64,000 bases of DNA, taken from contig CAWANJ010000003.1 in assembly GCA_963783385.1 (NCBI GenBank), positions 353,448-417,447 on the forward strand, in the 5' to 3' direction. The DNA comes from an uncultured Gemmatimonadales bacterium (GTDB taxonomy: Bacteria > Gemmatimonadota > Gemmatimonadetes > Palauibacterales > Palauibacteraceae). Positions 59,881 through 64,000 of this stretch are shown in pieces. Each line of letters opens with the position of its first letter. Positions within the stretch are counted from its first letter, which is position 1. The notes below the pieces were generated by a model. The model worked only from the letters and a program-made list of their open reading frames with translations, ran no database searches and was not told the DNA's origin. The translations under genes and the position numbers were made by a program.

Positions 59881-60886
59881 GTGAACCATTCCTCCTCCGA
59901 CCTCGTTTCGGTCATCATCCCCTGCTACAACAAGGCCGCGTACGTCCACGAGGCCGTCTCGTCCGTGCTGCGACAGACCTATCCGGCCATCGAGGTCATT
60001 GTCATCGACGACGGATCGACCGACGGGAGTTGGAAGGCAGTCCGGAGCTTCGGCGACCGCATCCGGTCCGAGCGGACCGAGAATCACGGAGCCTGTCACG
60101 CCCGGAATCTCGGTGCGTCGAAGGCGAGGGGTCGATACCTGATGTTTCCTGGATGCAGACGACGTGATCGGCCCCGAGGTGATCGCCGGTCTCGTAAGTG
60201 CGCTTGCTCCACACGACAGCCAGAAGATCGGAGTCTGTGACTGGGCGATCCTGCGGGGCGCAGGCGACGAATGGGTGGTGGAGGAGCCCGAGCGCAGCGT
60301 CCGTCCGCTTCCTGAAGATCCCCTTGGTGCCTGGCTCGACGGCTGGTTCGTACCTTCATGCTCCGTGCTCTGGACCGCGAGGGGATTCGAGATAGTCGGT
60401 GGCTGGGATGAGTCCGTCGTAGTCAATCACAATGGAGAGCTAATGATGCGTGCCTTGCTGCGCGGCTTTCAGCTAGTCGCGAGTGAGGTGGGAGCCTCCC
60501 TGTATCGACGAGACCAGGCGGCGCTGTCGCTGGGACGGCGCGTCGATCCAGGGGCTTTCCGAGGTCGAATCCAAGTGCTGGAGCAGGTTGAGCGCCTCCT
60601 CATGGAGCGGGGAGTCCTGGACGAATACAGATCGCCTCTTGCTCATGCCTACTACTCGGTCGCCCGAGCTCATTTCGGCACTGTGGGCACGTCGAGGTTG
60701 GTGATCTGTGTCGGGAAAGCCATGGAGTTGGACCAAGAGGGAGCGCTTCCATCTTGGTCGCATCACAGGTTGATCTATCGCATCGGCGGAGCTACGGGTT
60801 TGGCGTTAGGCGGACAAATGGCGGCCCGCCTTTCGTGCGATGACTACTGGGCCGCACGTACCCGGTTCGAGCGGGTGCGTGCGTGA
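59881..60886 (+). CDS. GT2-family glycosyltransferase (frameshift near 60148)
   Basis: VSVIIPCYN, IDDGSTD, N.GA..ARNLG, (F)LDADD in the shifted frame, VGGWDE. Confidence 0.85.
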
Positions 60887-60895
60887 TAGTATTCG

Positions 60896-62181
60896 TTGCC
60901 ACCACCCGATTCGGATACAGCAGTGAGGAGCTCAGACGCTTGGCGCCTCGCCATCGTGGCCTCTCATCCGATCCAATACTTCGCCCCACTGTACCGAAGG
61001 CTGGCCCGTACCCCCGACATCGATCTGAACGTGTACTTCTGTAGCCGTGCTGGCCTGGACGTCTATGAGGACGAGGGGTTCGGCGGCGAAGCGTTCGCCT
61101 GGGACATCCCTCTCTTGGAGGGCTACAATCATACATTCGTGCCCAACTTGCATAGGGAGCGCGCGCCCGGTGGATTCTTGAGCCTGGTGAATCCGGGCAT
61201 CGTCAAGGCCCTCCGCCGTAGAAAGTATGACGCGGTTTGGCTCCATGGTCATGCATACGCCAGCTTCCTGCTTGCAGCGGCAGGGGCGAAGCTGGCGGGT
61301 AGAGCGCTCTTCATGCGTTTTGACACGCACCTGGGACTCTATCGGCCACCGCTGCGCCGCGCCCTTCGGGCCCCTGTCATGACGGCCTTCTACCGTCTGT
61401 TCGATGCCTGCCTTGCCATAGGGACCCGGAACGCGGCGTTCTACCGGCGTCACAGGGTGCCGGAGAACAGGATAATTCCCGTCCCCTACGTTGTGGACAA
61501 TGCCTTCTTCCGGCAGGGGGCTCTAGCCGCGAGGAAGCGGCTGGCGGAATCCCGCCGTTCCTTTGGACTTCCTCCTCCGAAGGTGCCTATCATCCTCTAT
61601 GTAGCAAAGCTCGTGCGCCAAAAGCGACCAATGGACCTCCTGAGGGCCTACCAGCGTTGCCTACGCTGGGCGCGGGGAGAGGCAGGTTTGGCGTTCGTCG
61701 GGTCCGGGCCGGAGCGGAAAGCGCTCGAGGAATACGTGACCACGCACGAGGTGCCTGGTGTGCACTTCTTGGGATTCCGCAACCAGTCGGAGCTTCCGAG
61801 CATCTACGGTTCGTGCGACGTGTTCGTGCGCCCTTCGGAGAACGAATCTGGGGGCTGGTGGTGAATGAGGCCATGAGCGCCGGCCTTCCGGTAGTCATCG
61901 CCAATGAGGTGGGGGCCGTCCCGGATCTCGTGCGCGATGGAGAAAACGGGTTCCAGTATCCTACGGGTGACGTGGCATCGTTAGCCGAGGGGCTTAGCCG
62001 GCTCATCGGCGACGCAAGGCTGCGGCGCCAAATGGGCCGCGCATCCCTCAACATCATCGACCAGTGGGATCTCGAGGCCTGCGTTCTGGGGGTTCGACGA
62101 GCCCTGGGACTCGCCTGCGGAACGCCAGACGAACTTGCGGAAGGGGCGCACGGAGAAGCACGGGCCGGGCGCGGTGGTTGA
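60896..62181 (+). CDS. GT4-family glycosyltransferase (frameshift near 61850)
   Basis: SHPIQYFAPL, WDIPLLEGY, YVVDN.FF, GFRNQSEL, WGLVVNEAM.AGLPV. Confidence 0.88.
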
Positions 62182-63267
62182 AGCTGTCCGGGCACGCCCA
62201 CCCTGTGTCTTGGTGTACGGCCGTTCCGGGGCAAGGCGGCTGGAGGCGTCCTATGCCCGCGCATTCAGGACGCTCGGCTGGCGGGTCGAGCATTTCGACG
62301 GGGACCCGGGGAGGCCGGACCTGAGCTGGTGGCTCCGGTCCCGGATCGGTCAGCGACTCACGGTCACAAGCCTCAAGCTGCGCCGCTTGGGCGCGCGGCG
62401 CCTCAACGAAGCCCTCAAGCGCCGGGCCCTCGACCTCCGCCCGGACCTCCTCCTTCTGGTGAACGGAGCGTTCGTCATGCCGGACACGGTGGCGGCGCTT
62501 TGCGCCGCGAAGATTCGGGTCGCCGTTCTGTATCCCGACGCACCCTTGCCGGGGAACCCATCGTATCGCCCCGAGCACCTGCCTCTGGCCCGAGAGGCGA
62601 CAGTCTGTCTGGTCTGGAGCCAGGTGCTCAGAGCGCCTGGAAGAAGAGGGAGCACGCCGGGTCGTGTACCTCCCTTCGCTTGGGACCCGGAGGTGTTTCC
62701 CTCTATGGATGGGGAGGACGCTGTGGGCCCCGACGTTCTCTTTATAGGTGGGTGGGACCGCTACCGTGAGCGCTGGCTCGAGCCTCTGTGCAAGCGCTTC
62801 GACCTACAGATCTGGGGCCCGGACTACTGGGATCAGCGCACACGGCCGGGGAGTGTGCTACGGCAATGCTGGCAGGGCCGAGCGCTGCGGGGCAAGGAGG
62901 CCGCGCAGGCCCTCGTCCGGTGGAAGATCGTCCTCAACGTGCTGCGGGAGCAGAACCTACCCGGACGGGACGACATGCGCACCTTTGAAGTGCCCGGGGC
63001 CGGAGGCTTCCTGCTCGCCGCGCGGACCGCCGGTGCAGCAGAGATCTACCCTGAGGGTGAGGCGGGCGCCTACTTCGGATCCCTGCCGGGAGATGCTGGA
63101 GAAGATTAACTACTACCTCGGGCGCCCTAATGAACGCCAGGCCATCGCGCGAAGGGCGCACCAGGTCACGGCCCGGGAGCATCTGTATGAGCACTCGGGC
63201 CCGGCGGATTCTGGACGCCCTTGGAGTGAGTTCACTTCCGACCGCGACGGAAGCATCCAACCGTTGA
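62174..63267 (+). CDS. CgeB/YkvP-like glycosyltransferase (several frameshifts)
   Basis: DVLFIGGW..RE, IWG..W, KIVLN.LR.QN, MRTFEVPGAGGFLL, EKINYYL..ERQAIA, H.Y. Confidence 0.7.
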
Positions 63268-63382
63268 GCGCCAGCGCCTCCCAAACCGGGTCGACTCTGC
63301 GAGCGGGACTCGATTCCCGCGGGTGGCATAAGGACCGCATGGGAACAGTTTGCCCGACGGCGGCGTCCCGCTTCGGCCACCA

Positions 63383-64000
63383 ATGAAGACTCTCCGGAGC
63401 GCGTGGAGGAGCCGCGGACCCGGCTCCTCCCACGTACAGTTTGCGCACCCCGGCCTCTATCCACCCGTTGTGCGTGCCGCAATGCTCCAAGCGCGGGCAG
63501 GGTGGTGCGTGAGCTTTGTTGGGGCCGAGATCGTCAATGCTCCGCAAGCCACATTTCCGGGCCCCCTGCGGGAACGGCTGCGGCTGGTCGAAAGCGTCCT
63601 ACCTTCCGACCTGGATACGCTTAGCGATCTTCGGTGTGTTGGTGTGCTACAGGGTGCTCCGAGATCGCCCGCACTGGCTATACCTCTCGGATCCCCTCTC
63701 GACCCCGGTCGGGGTTGTGGCAACACTCTGCCCGGGTGTGAGTGGTGTACCACGAGCACAATGCGCCGCTCGCTTCCCGTGGGAGCATCCGGGACAGGCT
63801 AATTTCCGCGTGCAGGCAATGGGTCGCCAGTCGTGCCGACGCCTGCGTGGCGCCGAATCGGGCCCGGCTCGGGTTGCTGCCGCTTCCGCGACGGCCTGAC
63901 CAGCGACGATTCTCGGTGAACAACGTCCCGTTGCGTTCAGAAACGGGGACGACCGTGCCCTGACGAATCCGGGTGTTGTATATGGGAACCATCAACCCCA
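63383..64000 (+). CDS. Probable glycosyltransferase, frameshifted, runs off the window
   Basis: HPGLYPP, YLSDPLS.P, VYHEH, ADACVAPN fragments in successive frames, within the polysaccharide cluster. Confidence 0.45.

Overview
Very GC-rich bacterial chromosomal window. The gene content (ACIII, Wzi pair, BTAD-TolB regulator, HEAT/HD-GYP pair) suggests a Gemmatimonadota-like organism; this is inference only. In order: 5'-truncated sucA; a complete alternative complex III operon (actABCDEF, minus strand); an outer-membrane barrel and two tandem Wzi-like paralogues; a 7-tRNA operon with a clear sigma70 promoter; an RHH (ParD-like)/degenerate nucleotidyltransferase fusion preceded by seven 10-bp phased repeats; a UvrC-like nuclease; a c-di-GMP module (REC-HD-GYP, HEAT, HD-GYP); a large acidic TPR protein; a Tat-exported copper nitrite reductase (nirK); a GT-C-like membrane enzyme divergent from a full Tad/Flp pilus locus (two flp pilins missed by the ORF track) that continues into an uncharacterised AAA-ATPase / 4-TM coiled-coil / vWA-lipoprotein / OM-barrel module; a BTAD-TolB-Ig regulator; a tandem array of small coiled-coil membrane-anchored paralogues interrupted by an AbrB-RelE-like TA pair; and a lower-GC polysaccharide cluster (sulfotransferase, methyltransferase, Wzx, glycosyltransferases) running off the right end. 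Many genes carry single-base frameshifts, most likely long-read indel errors. No CRISPR array, rRNA, transposase or integrase was seen. All family assignments come from motif recognition by eye; no searches were run.
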